This document shows, piece by piece, positions 1-12,921 of a stretch of DNA of 64,000 nt (the first letter of the stretch is position 1; each line of letters starts with the position of its first letter). The stretch covers positions 314,154,001 through 314,218,000 of the forward strand of contig OZ024743.1 in NCBI GenBank assembly GCA_964016885.1, in the 5' to 3' direction. The DNA is from Eledone cirrhosa (Eukaryota). A program made the translations under genes and the position numbers. The notes beneath the pieces are model-generated. The model searched no databases, had not been told where the DNA came from, and was given only the letters and a program-made list of their open reading frames with translations.

Positions 1-440
1 TACAACGGGCTGTTATTGATAAAAAATGCATTAGATACAATAAGTTGATTATAATTCGGACAAAAGTAACTGAGAGCCTGACATGAATTATATTTGCATA
101 GATGGATCTCCGATGATCATATTATTGTGTTGCTAAAATTATCGAAGCTGCTAAGTGAATTACACCTTTCTCAATTCTCTCACTCACAAACCTAATTTCA
201 GACAAATTCAACAATTTCGATGCAATGATACACACTTATAAATATGTAAGTCAGATAAGAACGCATACACACACACACACACACACATATACTGTATATA
301 TATATATATATATATATAAAAGGAAAAAATGAAACGAAATTTCATTTCTCACTCTTAGTACGGCTGTTACTTAATTATAAGTATGTATACGTACATACAT
401 ATATGTATACAGACGTACAGTAGTATGTATATATATATAT

Positions 441-644
441 GTGAGAAAAACCACAGACCCTCCATCTCAACTCACCTTTTGAAAAGCAGAAGAACTGCGA
501 AACCGGTAAAGGAACCAAATAAATATATATATTTAAAAAAAAAATAAGACTTCAGTTGCATTTTCGATTTCATCCCTTTTTCTTTATACTTCCACTCATG
601 TAGGACACATCGGTTATTTTTCATTTTGTAAAAAAAAACCTCAC

Positions 645-651
<7 letters not shown>
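441..651 (+). mobile_element. Short non-coding PLE-terminal-repeat-like element with HHR motif (family A), inserted in (TA)n
   Basis: Bounded by (TA)n. A second, reverse-complement copy is at 50541-50823. Carries the HHR fold at 475-512. Confidence 0.65.
475..512 (+). ncRNA. Type I hammerhead ribozyme motif, U3-A8 core variant
   Basis: cctt-TTGAAAA-gcag(aagaa)ctgc-GAAA-ccgg-TA-aagg. Helix I is cctt/aagg, helix II is gcag/ctgc, helix III palindrome is ACCGGT. Confidence 0.65.
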
Positions 652-687
<36 letters not shown>

Positions 688-959
688 CACACATATATAT
701 ATGTACGTATGGATTCACCGAACATTTATTATAATGCTCGGTGTGTTTGTATATATATGTATGTACGTGTACATACTTATATTTAAGTAACAGCCGTACT
801 AAGAGTGAGAAATGAAATTTCGTTTCATTTTTTCCGTTTATCGTTTTCGGTACCCCGGCCGATTAACTCACTCGATATGCAAATTAGGCTGCTCAGCCGT
901 TAATATGCATAAGGAAAGTATATACTTTCAGACGTTCAACCATCTGGCAGGAAGGTATA

Positions 960-1000
960 CGTTGCTGACGATAGCCAATAAGCTTGAAACTAGTACAGCA
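960..1000 (+). ncRNA. Type I hammerhead ribozyme motif (family B, unit 1)
   Basis: cgttg-CTGACGA-tagc(caataa)gctt-GAAA-ctag-TA-cagca, with palindrome ACTAGT. Confidence 0.75.
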
Positions 1001-1385
1001 TTCTTTTGTCAGTGTTGAACAAATGACCAACGATGGTTGCTAGACACTGTACGGCTTAATTCGGGATGTTTGTTTACAAACACACCGAGCATTATAATAA
1101 ATGTTCGGTGAATCCATACGTACATATTTATATGTGTGCATGTATGTATATATATACATACTACTGTACATCTGTATACATATATGTATCTACGTATCCA
1201 TACTTATATTTAAGTAACAGCCGTACTAAGAGTGAGAAATGAAATTTCGTTTCATTTTTTCCGTTTATCGTTTTCGGTACCCCGGCCGATTAACTCACTC
1301 GATATGCAAATTAGGCTGCTCAGCCGTTAATATGATTAAGGAAAGTATATACTTTCAGACGTTCAACCATCTGGCAGGAAGGTAT

Positions 1386-1428
1386 ACGTTGCTGACGATA
1401 GCTAATAAGCTTGAAACAAGTACAGCGT
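1386..1428 (+). ncRNA. Type I hammerhead ribozyme motif (family B, unit 2)
   Basis: acgttg-CTGACGA-tagct(aata)agctt-GAAA-caag-TA-cagcgt. Helix I is 6 bp; helix III here is ACAAGT. Confidence 0.72.
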
Positions 1429-1651
1429 TCTTTTGTCAGTGTTGAACAAATGAGCAACGATGGTTGCTAGACACTGTACGGCTTAATTCGGGATGTTTGT
1501 TTACAAACACACCGAGCATTATAATAAATGTTCGGTGAATCCATACGTACATATATATATGTGTGCATGTATGTATATATATATACATATACATACTACT
1601 GTACGTCTGTATACATATATGTATGTACGTATACATACTTATATATATACA

Positions 1652-1876
1652 TATTTATTAAAATAACAGATTAAAGGTAAAGCAATGAATAGCTGCTTTC
1701 ACCCTTAACGGGATCTTCTGAAACTTAAAAAAATCAATCTGTGAACGCAGAACCGATTTTTGCTTAAACTTTAATCTGTTATTTTAATAAATATCTGATT
1801 TACGATTTTTATATATTTGATATATATTTATCCTTATCGAGCCCTCTTTGGATTTTAGTCTTCAAATTTATTATTA

Positions 1877-1880
<4 letters not shown>
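1652..1880. mobile_element. Short interspersed element (family C) with terminal inverted segment
   Basis: atttattaaaataacagattaaag is inverted as ctttaatctgttattttaataaat. Related copies at ~59448-59620, ~60895-61086 (opposite orientation) and an end fragment at ~42155-42195. All lie next to (TA)n. Confidence 0.6.
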
Positions 1881-1927
<47 letters not shown>

Positions 1928-1933
<6 letters not shown>

Positions 1934-2193
1934 GCATACAGGTACACATACATATATGCACGCATCAGTTTAGCCGACGTTTATTATAACGCAGCTTTGT
2001 TCGCTTGTTTGTCAACAAATCGAACAGCCTGAATTTATGCCATACGGTGTTAAGGCAACCACGTCACCTTTTTGTTCAACACTGACACATAAATTCAGGC
2101 TGTTCGATTTGTTGACAAACAAGCGAACAAAGCTGCGTTATAATAAACGTCGGCTAAACTGATGCGTGCATATATGTATGTGTACCTGTATGC

Positions 2194-2199
<6 letters not shown>
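1928..2199. repeat. Foldback: 112-bp inverted arms with a 48-nt spacer
   Basis: Arms 1928-2039 and 2088-2199 are reverse complements. The spacer contains gttcaacactgaca, the reverse complement of a family B motif. Flanked by (TA)n. Confidence 0.9.
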
Positions 2200-2272
<73 letters not shown>

Positions 2273-2385
2273 TGCTACTGTACGTCTGTATACATATATG
2301 TATGTACGTATACATACATACTTACATTTAAGTAAGTGCCATACTAAGAGTGAGAAATGAAATTTCGTTTTCATTTTTTTTTCAA

Positions 2386-2435
<50 letters not shown>

Positions 2436-2794
2436 TATGTGTATTTGGAAAGAGAGAGAGAATGCAGACGGTAAATGATCGATTAGATCCCAGAACTCAT
2501 TCACTTCCTGAATGGGGTGGAACTCGTCAAACCGTTAAGAGGAAACTTTGTTTCCATTGGTCTTACCATTTCTGATACTATGTACAGGTCGCAACTCTTG
2601 ACAGAGAGAGAGAGAGCAACATAAAATAAAGCGTGTTGCTGACAGCATAATGCATCACCCGGTCTGGGAGTTGTTCCTAAACCTTACGATTGCAAATCCA
2701 ATCCACTAACCACAAAGCCACGCGCATTCACAAAATAGTAGTTGAAATCGTATGTGCTCTTGGTTGGATCTCAATTTCTTTAATATATATATAT

Positions 2795-3545
2795 ATATCA
2801 TACAATATGTCTTTTGAATCACCAGATATAATATATACCATTTCCTCTCCCAAATAGCATAATTAACCTTATAAAAAATCAATTAGACCAAGCTATAAGA
2901 ATAAAGGCTCTTATGAAGAAATCACCGACAAATAACCGAAAGCAGCCACTTCGCGGTGGCTACGATAGAGAATGGATCTAACATTTCGACAGCATGTTAA
3001 AAATCGAGCAGATATACAGTCAACTAAACACAATTAGGTGTAAAATTGAACTTAGAAGAATTGCGTACATACCTAATTACCTCTACCATGGTTTCATCCG
3101 TATTTTGAGACATCCGTTAACAGGGAATGTCCATAGCTTCGGAATCATCAGGAGCGAGCTCAAAATTAGACATGTAATTTTCCAAAGTGATCGCGCCAAA
3201 AATACATTCAAAAATGGCTAAGAATCGTGAAGTGGCAGCGGTCAAGTTAGAAAGGATGTGATTAGTTGTTTACAGCGGGTAGGCATATTGCTAGAAAGCG
3301 CAACCTAATACCGCCAAATTATATCTTAACCTAACGGGAGATTATTACATATAAAGGTTTACATATATATATAAAAAGTCATAGATATATATGTGTTTTG
3401 CAACCGGTCACGTTGTGGCTCAATGAACAATTATTAAATTAAGTAATCAGAGCTATATATCATAAAATATGTCTTTAGAATCACCAGATATAATATATAC
3501 CATTTCTTCTCCCAATTAGCATAATTAACCATATAAAAAATCAAT
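2795..3545. mobile_element. ~750-bp insertion with ~90-bp terminal direct repeats, in (TA)n
   Basis: 2795-2883 is repeated at ~3457-3545 (atatgtctt...tcaccagatataatatataccattt...aaaaaatcaat). No recognisable protein. Confidence 0.55.
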
Positions 3546-3569
3546 ATATATATATATATATAATTTTGA

Positions 3570-3845
<276 letters not shown>

Positions 3846-3961
3846 TGCGTGCGTGTGTGTTTGTGTGTGTGTGTTAATAAAATGAATATATTTATACGAT
3901 GGACTCTCCCATCGATATCCGACGTATTTTAAACATTTGACTTATTTATTTTATTTTATTT

Positions 3962-4038
<77 letters not shown>

Positions 4039-4264
4039 ATAAAAGGAATATATATATACGATGGACTCTCCCATCGATATCCGATGTATGGGTGTCCAAC
4101 AAAAGTTGATGTGAGAAAGTGAACTGATGTTGAACTACCCACAAAGTTTTGTTATAAGTGGTGAAGGCTCGTGTAGGACCAACCACACTTTTTAGAACTG
4201 GCGACACATATCTTTGGTGCAAATATTTGCCACGGAAAATACAACGACAGTATATATATATACA

Positions 4265-4308
<44 letters not shown>

Positions 4309-5151
4309 ATACATCTATATACCACATATACATACATACAAGCCTTCACACACATAGTATCAAGCATATCTACAGTATTATGAATTTTTTTCATTGTTTG
4401 TTTTATCGCTCAGTTTAGTAGTGAAAGTATAGCACTTATAACCCATTACCAGCCCTCCTTAAATACATAAATGTAAGTGAGGGATATTCCTTGAACCAGG
4501 GACAGAGCGCGAATTCTTGCAACAGGATAGACTCGGTAAAAGGTGAGTTGGAGATATTAACAGTGCAATGCTTCGTTAAAGTTCAGTACCGAAGTGACAT
4601 GTTGCATTTAAACTCCAAGTGAGATAGGCTCCAAGGTCCAATGTGGGCTTAAAATGATTCATATTTATATAGTTTTATTCCAACAAATACACATTATGTG
4701 TTTGTACCGGTTATAATGCAAATTCCTCGGCAAAATATTAATGAGCTTACACTTCGGTTAAAAGGAGAGAGCCAACGAAATTGAAATTAACAGCATGTTT
4801 CCCCTAGGCTTGCGGATGAGAAAATAATATCTATAATCAAATAATTTAGTTTTCCATTATCATATATTTCAAGATGCTTTCGATTTTTTATTCCTACACG
4901 TTAAATGAATTTCCAGGTACTTAAATTTCAAGTGCTGTCATTTAGCAAAATAAACTTCATTTGTTTTCTACATATGACAGTTTACAGATGGTTTCTGCAA
5001 TTAAAGCAGACAGATAATGTTTAGAGAAATATGCAAATTTAATAAAGGGAAGATAATGAAAATGAAATCGAAGACACACACAATAAATCGTACAAACATA
5101 TAATTTGGTGTGTGAATACAGATATACATGCGTATATATATATATATATTA

Positions 5152-5268
5152 ATAATAATTGTTTCTACTTTTGGCAGAAGGCCAGCAGTTACCCAGTAGA
5201 TTACTGGTACTTTATTTTATCGACCCCATAAGGATGAAAGGCAAAGTTAACTTCGGCGGGATTTGAAC
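5152..5268 (-). mobile_element. tRNA-derived SINE, 5'-truncated
   Basis: Matches the family at 42880-43061 (ctttcatccttatggggtcgataaaataaagtacc core on the - strand). Confidence 0.85.
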
Positions 5269-5305
5269 ATAATAATAATAATATATATACAAAATATATA
5301 TATTA

Positions 5306-5400
<95 letters not shown>

Positions 5401-5554
5401 GTGTGTGTGTGTATGTATATATATATATATATATACACAAGAGAATCGATGGGAAAATTATCATCTTTTATTCAAAAACCATCTTTATTCTCTTACACAT
5501 GTTTCGAAGGATATATGCATTCAATATTTCATATATTATATAAAGGCATCGAGC

Positions 5555-5631
<77 letters not shown>

Positions 5632-5726
5632 TATATTATATTTAGAGTTATAAACTCAAACAGTCCTTTACAATTAATTAGCTCAAAGAAAGAAGCATTT
5701 CTGAGCCGTGAAATACAAGTTAATAT

Positions 5727-6158
5727 AAATTAATATATGATAAACACAAAAGTGTTTGTATTGTAAAAGACCAAGTTAGCTAGAATGAAATAAAGTAATT
5801 CAAATAAATATAGTTTGCCTGTCTCAATTTAAAATAATAAATCAATAAAAACAAACCCATATTGGCAAATAGCCGTGGTACCTGGACAAATTTCAATTTC
5901 AAAATCCAAACCTGTTCCGTAGAAAATGCGAAACCTATTTGGATTTTGAAATTCGGATTTTTCTACGGAACAGGTTTGGATTTTGAAATTTAAATTTGTC
6001 CAGGTACGACGGCTATTTGCCAATATGGGTTTGTTTTTATTGATTTATTATTTTAAATCGAGACAGACAAACTATATTTATTTGAATTAGTTTATTTCAT
6101 TCTAGCTAACTTCGTCTTTTACAATACAAACATTTTGTGTTTATCATATATTCATTTA
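5727..6158. repeat. Foldback / MITE-like element with ~200-bp imperfect inverted arms
   Basis: ~5727-5926 pairs with ~5959-6158 across a ~32-nt spacer. No ORF and no HHR seen. Confidence 0.85.
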
Positions 6159-6884
6159 TTAATATATTAATTTATATATATATGCGAAGGACAACCAGAA
6201 CTAACAAACAAACGACGAAGTCCAATGACAAAATATATTAATTTTACGCGTGATATTGTAGGAAAAGTGTCGTAACGTTTCGGATGTCAGTCATTCATTA
6301 GAAAATAGGATGAGGAATTACATAAAAAATAGAAAGACAGAGAAGACTGGGCCGTGACATAAACTAAAAAAAATTTCTTTCAGATAAAAACAGGTGTATT
6401 CAAGTCACTATCACTTGAAAGTTTGTTGATTTTGGCGTAAGTGGGTCTGTTTTAAAAGGCATTGATGTAAAGTGTCTAGTTGAAAAGTAAAAGTCAGCTT
6501 GTATGTAAATCGTGTACGTGTGCGTCTGCGTGTGCGTGAATGTGTGTGTTTGTTGTTTGTCCATACGAAGTGAAGGGGATATATGTATGTATATATATAT
6601 AAGTTTAAGAGATCGTGTGTGTGCGCACGCGCGCGCGTGTGTTTTGTTTTACGTACATACCTGTGATATACACCATGCTGTGCATATAGTGCTTGCTTTG
6701 GTATCAACAGCAGCAATTCACTGCACCACCTTCACTATTTGGTCTTACCCACTGTCGAGCGCTAAGGATAGAGTACCTCGGAGAAGTTTCCTTTTAAATA
6801 CTCTATATAAACGAAGCTTCCTTATTATTTTTCTATCACTTCTCTCTCTCTCTTTCTCTCTCTCTCTCCCTCTCTCTCTCTCTA

Positions 6885-6936
<52 letters not shown>

Positions 6937-7025
6937 TACACATATATGCATACACACACACATATATATATATATATGCACACACATATATATATATATG
7001 CATACATATATATATATATATATGT

Positions 7026-7620
7026 GTTTCTTGGTCAGTGTTCAAGTCTCAGCCCCGTACAGCAGCACCGACTCCACTACAGCAATGAAGAGGCGGACGT
7101 TCAGGTCTTTACGAAGGTCCGACTTCAACACCGGTCTAAAGTTGTGGCACGTCGCCCACGCTTTGATCTTCCTCTCAACCACATCATCTTCCGTATTCCC
7201 AATCTTTGCTCCCAAATACAGGAAGTCCTCAACCAATTCTAGCGGCTTCCCGCCTACATTATGGTGGATGGGTGCTACACGAGAACGCTGAGGATGGCTC
7301 TGAACGTTAATCAGTATACACTGAGGATGAAAACCTCAGAGCTGTATGGTAGCCTCCCAAAAGTCAGCTGAAAAGTGACACAGAGGAGGCTGAGGTTAGC
7401 TGGACATGCTCACCGACATCCAGAGTTGACATTGCACTCAGTGCTCCTGTGGGAGCCCCTACATGGACACACTGGAAGAGGAAGGCCAAGGTTAACGTAT
7501 GTTGATGCCCTAAGGACATACACTGATCTGTTGGAGACGCAGGACATGGCAGCGATAATGAGGGACAGAGTTCGCTGGAGAGAACTCGTCCATGGATCTC
7601 AGGGATTTTACCCGCCCTAG
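7026..7620 (+). mobile_element. RTE-clade LINE 3' fragment with 5' inversion
   Basis: The - strand 7026-7260 encodes VEDFLYLG...ESVLLYGAET*TLTK. The + strand 7261-7620 continues VDGCYTRTLR...RRLRLAGH...GRGRPRLTYVD, typical of an RTE ORF2 C-terminus. Confidence 0.85.
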
Positions 7621-7651
7621 AAATATATGTGTGTGTTTGTGTTTGTGTGTG

Positions 7652-7697
<46 letters not shown>

Positions 7698-7904
7698 GCG
7701 GTACATGTTTTGCGGTACATGTTTTCTGCACCCGCGTCTGCTCTGTTCCGGCCGCAGTATTCTTTCCATGGTCATTTATCATATATTTTTCAGCTTCTAA
7801 TTCCAACATGGGTTGCGGATTGTGATTAGTTACAATAGTTATGTATTCTACCAAAGTTGTCGAATTCTGTTATACTATTCCCAGCTTTACCGAATGTATA
7901 ATAA

Positions 7905-8727
7905 ATAAAATTATTTCTAGTTTTGTCATAAGGCCTGCAATTTAATGGAATGGTGAAAGTCGATTAATTCGATCCGAATGTGTTATGGATACTTTACGTT
8001 ATCCATAAAGATGAACTGCAAAGCCCAACCCCAGCGGGTTTGAACTGAAACTTAAAAATCTGTAACTCTATGCCGTAAATCATGTTGTTTGGCGCTTTAA
8101 TAATTGTTTCTACTTTTGCCACAAGGCCAGCAATTATTCCAGTGCATTACTGGTACTTTATTTTATCGACACCTCAAGGATAAAAGGCAAAGTTAACCTC
8201 GGCGGAATTTGAACTCAGAACGTAAAGGGCCGTAACTCTATACTGAAAAGCATGGCGTCCGACCCTCTACCGATACTGCCAAACAATACTCTCAACCCAA
8301 CGTCCTGACCGTAAATAAATATAATGGTTTCTGATTTAGTTTCAAGTCGAATTGTTTGGGAGGTGGAAAATCTATTAAATCGAGCCAATACATTACTGGT
8401 ACTTTTATTTTATCGACCCCGTATGGATGAAAACCAAGCTTACTCTCAAAGGAATTTTAACCCAGAAGTGAAGGGCCAGAACTCAATGCCACAAAATACA
8501 CTCTACTTATAATGTCACTCCACCGTCCTTCCGCAAATAAATATAATTGTTTCTACTTTTGGCACAAGGCCAGCAATTTCCCAGTGTATTACTGGTACTT
8601 TATTTTATCGACCCCGTAAGGATGAAAGGCAAAGTTAACCTCGGCGGGATTTGAACTCAGAATGGCAAGGGCCGTAACTCTATGCGTCAAAGCATGGCGT
8701 CCGACCCTCTACCGATACTGCCAATTC
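7905..8727 (-). mobile_element. Cluster of four same-orientation tRNA-derived SINE copies
   Basis: Copies at ~7905-8097 (diverged), 8100-8282, ~8321-8500 (diverged) and 8544-8727. A box and B box (GAGTTCAAATYCC) on the - strand. Confidence 0.85.
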
Positions 8728-11145
8728 ACAATATAATAAAACATAATCTCAGACACAAACTTGTAGGAATTTTTTTTTTCTGTAACAATATTTCTTTGTG
8801 AAAGATAAAGCGATTTATTGCAATATTAATTCTAAAAATTACTTTTTACAGGAAATTAGCTTTCTTCACATTTTGTTAATTTTGAATATAAAACAATAGT
8901 AATCACGAAATCAGAAAACAAATATCATATGAATAATCTTTTTATAAATATGATACCAAATTTTGAATCGATGAATTCTATGATATCTCTACTGTTTTGG
9001 TGAAATAATTCTTCATTCATTCATATGAAAATTGTAATTCCTATGCACTCAAAGAGTAATTCTAATACCGCGGAAATGTTTTATGATCAACGACAGGAAT
9101 TAGCATGTAATATATGTGTTTTATTTCATGTTTAAGAGATAATTCTTTTTAAAACCATGATTGGTTTTATTTCCCGGCAAACATTGAAAAGGTATTGTCT
9201 TCCTCGCATGTTAGGAAATTTAGCTTGGCAAGAATTATCATCTCTAAAACTATTTCAAGAACAAAGGTGCCACAGCTTCACATAATCTTCAAATACGATA
9301 TTTCTGTTCAAATTTGATTCAGAAATTCATTACTTGACTGACTCAAGTGAATATACATTATTCATATTGAGCATTGCCACTATGGAAAAAATATATCACA
9401 GTTATGATGACAGAGTGGGTTAAGATATGGAATACAAAGATTTGCACTCTGCGAGTTTCAATAATTTAGTCTTTAGAACTTGCAATATATCAGCATTTGA
9501 AATGCTTCCAATCTAGGACTGTAAGATTTGTATATTCACGATGTCCATTTAAAAGTAGTAAACATAGTCAAATTGACAGTGAACAAGGACGCTGATGAAA
9601 TATATCCTTGATCCCCTACGATGTTGAACCGGTCAAACTTCTGCTCAAACTAAATTAGGTTTCTTAATATTAGTGGTAAGAAATTTTCAGGAGAGCAGGA
9701 CAGCGAAGCTTTTTCAGAGAGCTTGAATGCAGTGATGGCATAATGGATAAATATTTCCCTCTGAAATAATGATATTTCGTGTTCGGTCTCACTGCGTAGC
9801 AACTTGGACATGTTTTTCAACCATACACGTGATTCAGTCCCGGCATTGTGAGTGAAAGTGTGTTAACGGAAAGTATGTGGAAGCCTGTCAAGTGGAATGT
9901 ACCTATAATTCAAAGTTTCAGCCTTATCTCATATCCTGCCATACTGATTCAAATTGGAAATGTCATTAAGTACACGTGTCTGTTTGGATAATCAATCCCC
10001 TGACGTGTTAAATGCTGGATACGCAGTTGATTTCACAAATGAATGATCATCGTCGAAAGCGACGGAGCAAACCATCATCAGATAAACAGTCCAGTGTTCA
10101 TAAATTGCTGTGTATGATATAAACACACGATGTATAACTGATGGAAATGTCAACCTATAAGCGGTATTTTGATATTTAAGTATTTTTGATATTAATACAC
10201 GGATATAAGAAAGAAAGAAGCAACGTAGGAGGAAAAAATCATTTCAGCAATACAAGGTAGTTCCTAAAATATATGATTTGGTGAAGAACATGAAAATGTC
10301 CACCTATAGAAATATAAGATATATATTCGAAAAAAAAGATGGCAAATAAATATCTATATTAAAATCCTAAAATGGAAACAAGTGTAACTGAGACAGTAGA
10401 CAAAGAATTCGATAAATGTAGTATCGGGTAGAAACAAAATAGAGGTAGTAACACTTTAAATCCCAGAGTCACGATTTCTTTTCACAGTTGGTGTTCTAGT
10501 GATAAACAACATGACCGTGTAGCCCCTATGTTGTATCTTCAGGTAATAGAAATAGTAGCCAAATTTATCTGAAATTACAATTACTTGGTAAACAGAACAA
10601 CGTAGTAGGCTCTGCTCTCAATTCCTGCATTTATGTTTCCAGATCTCTGCAAGCTACATAGAAACTCGTTTATATACTACCCGATTCATAAGCTGCAAAG
10701 CAGTTGTGAACTACATAGACAATTTTTGTATTATTATATATTCCTTCAGCATTTGAAGATATCTGTATTGTGGTAAATGTATATAAATTTTATTCGCTTG
10801 TCACAGGAATTCTACGTTTTGACAAAAATATTCTTATTTGCTTCCTACTAAAATTGAACCGGCTACCACTTATTCCACGTGTAAAATATGTGATATTGTT
10901 CAATGAAAAATATATGACGAGTTGGGAGACCTACCACAACGCCGAAGGATGTTCTTGAATATGGCACCAAGTTGGAGACCTGGGGAAATTCAGACGGCAA
11001 TACTAGATTGGGTGAGCTGTAGAAAGAACTTCGTCATTGCACTGGTAACGGATGTATTGAAGAACGTAAGTGTAAACTATCTTTCTACAAACTGATCATG
11101 GTGACTGTAATTTAATGGGTTTATTTATGATTTAGTGAGGACAGT

Positions 11146-11338
11146 GGATTGGTAATATCCGTAGAGCTTCCCACAATATGCTTTGTGGAATATATTTATG
11201 CCACCTTATGTTCTAAGTTCAAATCCTGCCGAGGTTATCTTTGCTTTTTATCCATACAGGGTCGATAACATAACGTACCAGATGAGACTTTTCCTTTCCT
11301 CAAGATTGTTGGCCTTCTGTCTAAATCGGAAAACCTTA
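11146..11338 (+). mobile_element. tRNA-derived SINE, diverged
   Basis: ttggtaatatccgtagag...gttcaaatcctgccgagg...gggtcgataa...gtacca. Confidence 0.75.
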
Positions 11339-11468
11339 TCTATGACATAGTCGGGCGAGAAGGATAGAGATTACCTTTGTTTTTGCTTCTGAGAATGCTG
11401 AAAGAGAGAGAGGGAGATAAATAGATAGAGAGATAGAGATAGAGAAAGAGAGAGAAATAGAGAGAGAT

Positions 11469-11542
<74 letters not shown>

Positions 11543-11849
11543 ATAGTTATCCACATACACGAGTTCTGGCATGAATGTATGCAACAGAGTTACTCCTCTA
11601 AATTCAATTATGGGCAAGGCGATGGAGTAACACATGTTGGCAGATAGAATTTATCTCTGAACTTGAAGCTACATAAAGTGAAACCCTAAACCATAAACTT
11701 CCGCTTGGCATGCACACAAAGTGAAATTTCACAAAGAATTAATGATACTGTTTCAATCATGACTCCTAAGGAACTAACCCTAATCGCTCGGATTAAAAAT
11801 AATAGTAAAAGAATCTAGCCCTTGATCTCTCACCGGTGGTTTTGCCCAA

Positions 11850-12535
11850 CAAAACATTCTAACCACATGCCATAATATCGGAGCTGTGGTTTCTCAATTC
11901 GCAGAAGTAGCGGCTCTGCCCGGGAGAGACTCTCTGATCTCCTAGCTACACACTCTTTCAAGTAACGTTACTGGAAAGACACTTTGGAAGGACCCCATTT
12001 TGGGCGCTTTTATTCGCAATTGTATTCTTTTGATCCTTAACTAAGATTCACGACCATATTTAAGGGCTGGCATGAATACCGAATTGAAGTTAATGGTTTC
12101 ACCATTACACATACATCCATTCTTCTGATTACCGATTGCTGAAGCTGGCACATTACTGAATCACCTCTGGCAATTCTTGGACTTTATCCAACCTCCTGCA
12201 TTCGATCACTCCTGAACACGACCCAATATACTTGAACTTCTCTACCTGCTTCAGTGCAACGCCATTCATATGTAGATTCAACTGCACAGACTTTCTTGCG
12301 AGGGCGATTGTCGCAGTTTTCGCAGCACTGATTTCATTCCAGCCATATAGCACTCGGTATCAAAATTATCAAGTGCAAGTCTGAGAACACCTTCTGTCGA
12401 GTTAAGTAATGCTATGTCGTCTAGGGGTAGACCCTGAGCAAGATGATTCGATAACATCAATAAGGTAGGCTTCTCTCTCTTGGAGATCCAGCCGGATCAG
12501 TTGGAAACAGTTACTTCTGACAAGACTCGACAGAA
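11850..12535. mobile_element. Degenerate RTE-like LINE fragment, apparently 5'-inverted
   Basis: The - strand encodes LALDNFDTECYMAGMK and NGVALKQVEKFKYIG (RT C-terminal motifs). + strand ~12420-12535 matches the 3' end at ~36100-36200 (gatccagcyggatcagttggaaac). Confidence 0.6.
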
Positions 12536-12776
12536 TTTGAACACAGAATGTAAAGAGCTATAACTAAGTGGTACGAAGCATTTTATCTACCGCCTACAGG
12601 CATCATATATAATTGTTTCTACGTTAGGCCATCATATAAAATGCAAATAAACTACACCTTTGAATGTTTGAGTGTAAAAATAAGTAATTATATAAATGAA
12701 GCAGGCAAAAGTAGTGTCACTCACAGAATTAGAACTTGTGCTATAAATTTATTTTAGTGAATAAGAATGTTTGGTT

Positions 12777-12921
12777 TTCCAGCATAGTTACGTCCCTTTA
12801 CGGTTTGAGTTCAAATCCCGCCAAGGTTTACTTTGCCTTTTATCCTTACGGAGTAGATAAAATAAAGTACCAGTAATGCACTGGTTATTTGCTGGCCTTG
12901 TTCCCAAAGTAGAAACAATTA
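12777..12921 (+). mobile_element. tRNA-derived SINE
   Basis: gagttcaaatcccgccaagg...ccttacggagtagataaaataaagtacc...aaagtagaaacaatt. Confidence 0.85.

Larger units (their letters stand above)
684..1642 (+). repeat. ~427-bp tandem repeat (~2.1 units) with one HHR per unit and a 5' inverted segment (retrozyme/PLE-like, family B)
   Basis: Near-identical ORFs at 812 and 1239 give a period of 427. 684-751 is the reverse complement of ~1075-1142. Flanked by (TA)n. Other family fragments lie at ~318-432 (-) and ~2275-2385 (+). Confidence 0.85.

Noticed and set aside
6265-6305. HHR-like CTAATGA...GAAAcgTT on the - strand
   Set aside because: G5 is lost and there is no helix I. A probable decayed PLE end, not counted.
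8750-10750. Repeat-poor stretch that might hold exons
   Set aside because: No ORF of 60 aa or more and no recognisable motif. It cannot be supported without RNA-seq or homology.
10907-11071. Possible host exon ending at AAC|GTAAGT
   Set aside because: An in-frame stop lies at 10904 with no good acceptor after it. Another frame gives RVGRPTTT..DVLE, more like a decayed RTE 3' end.
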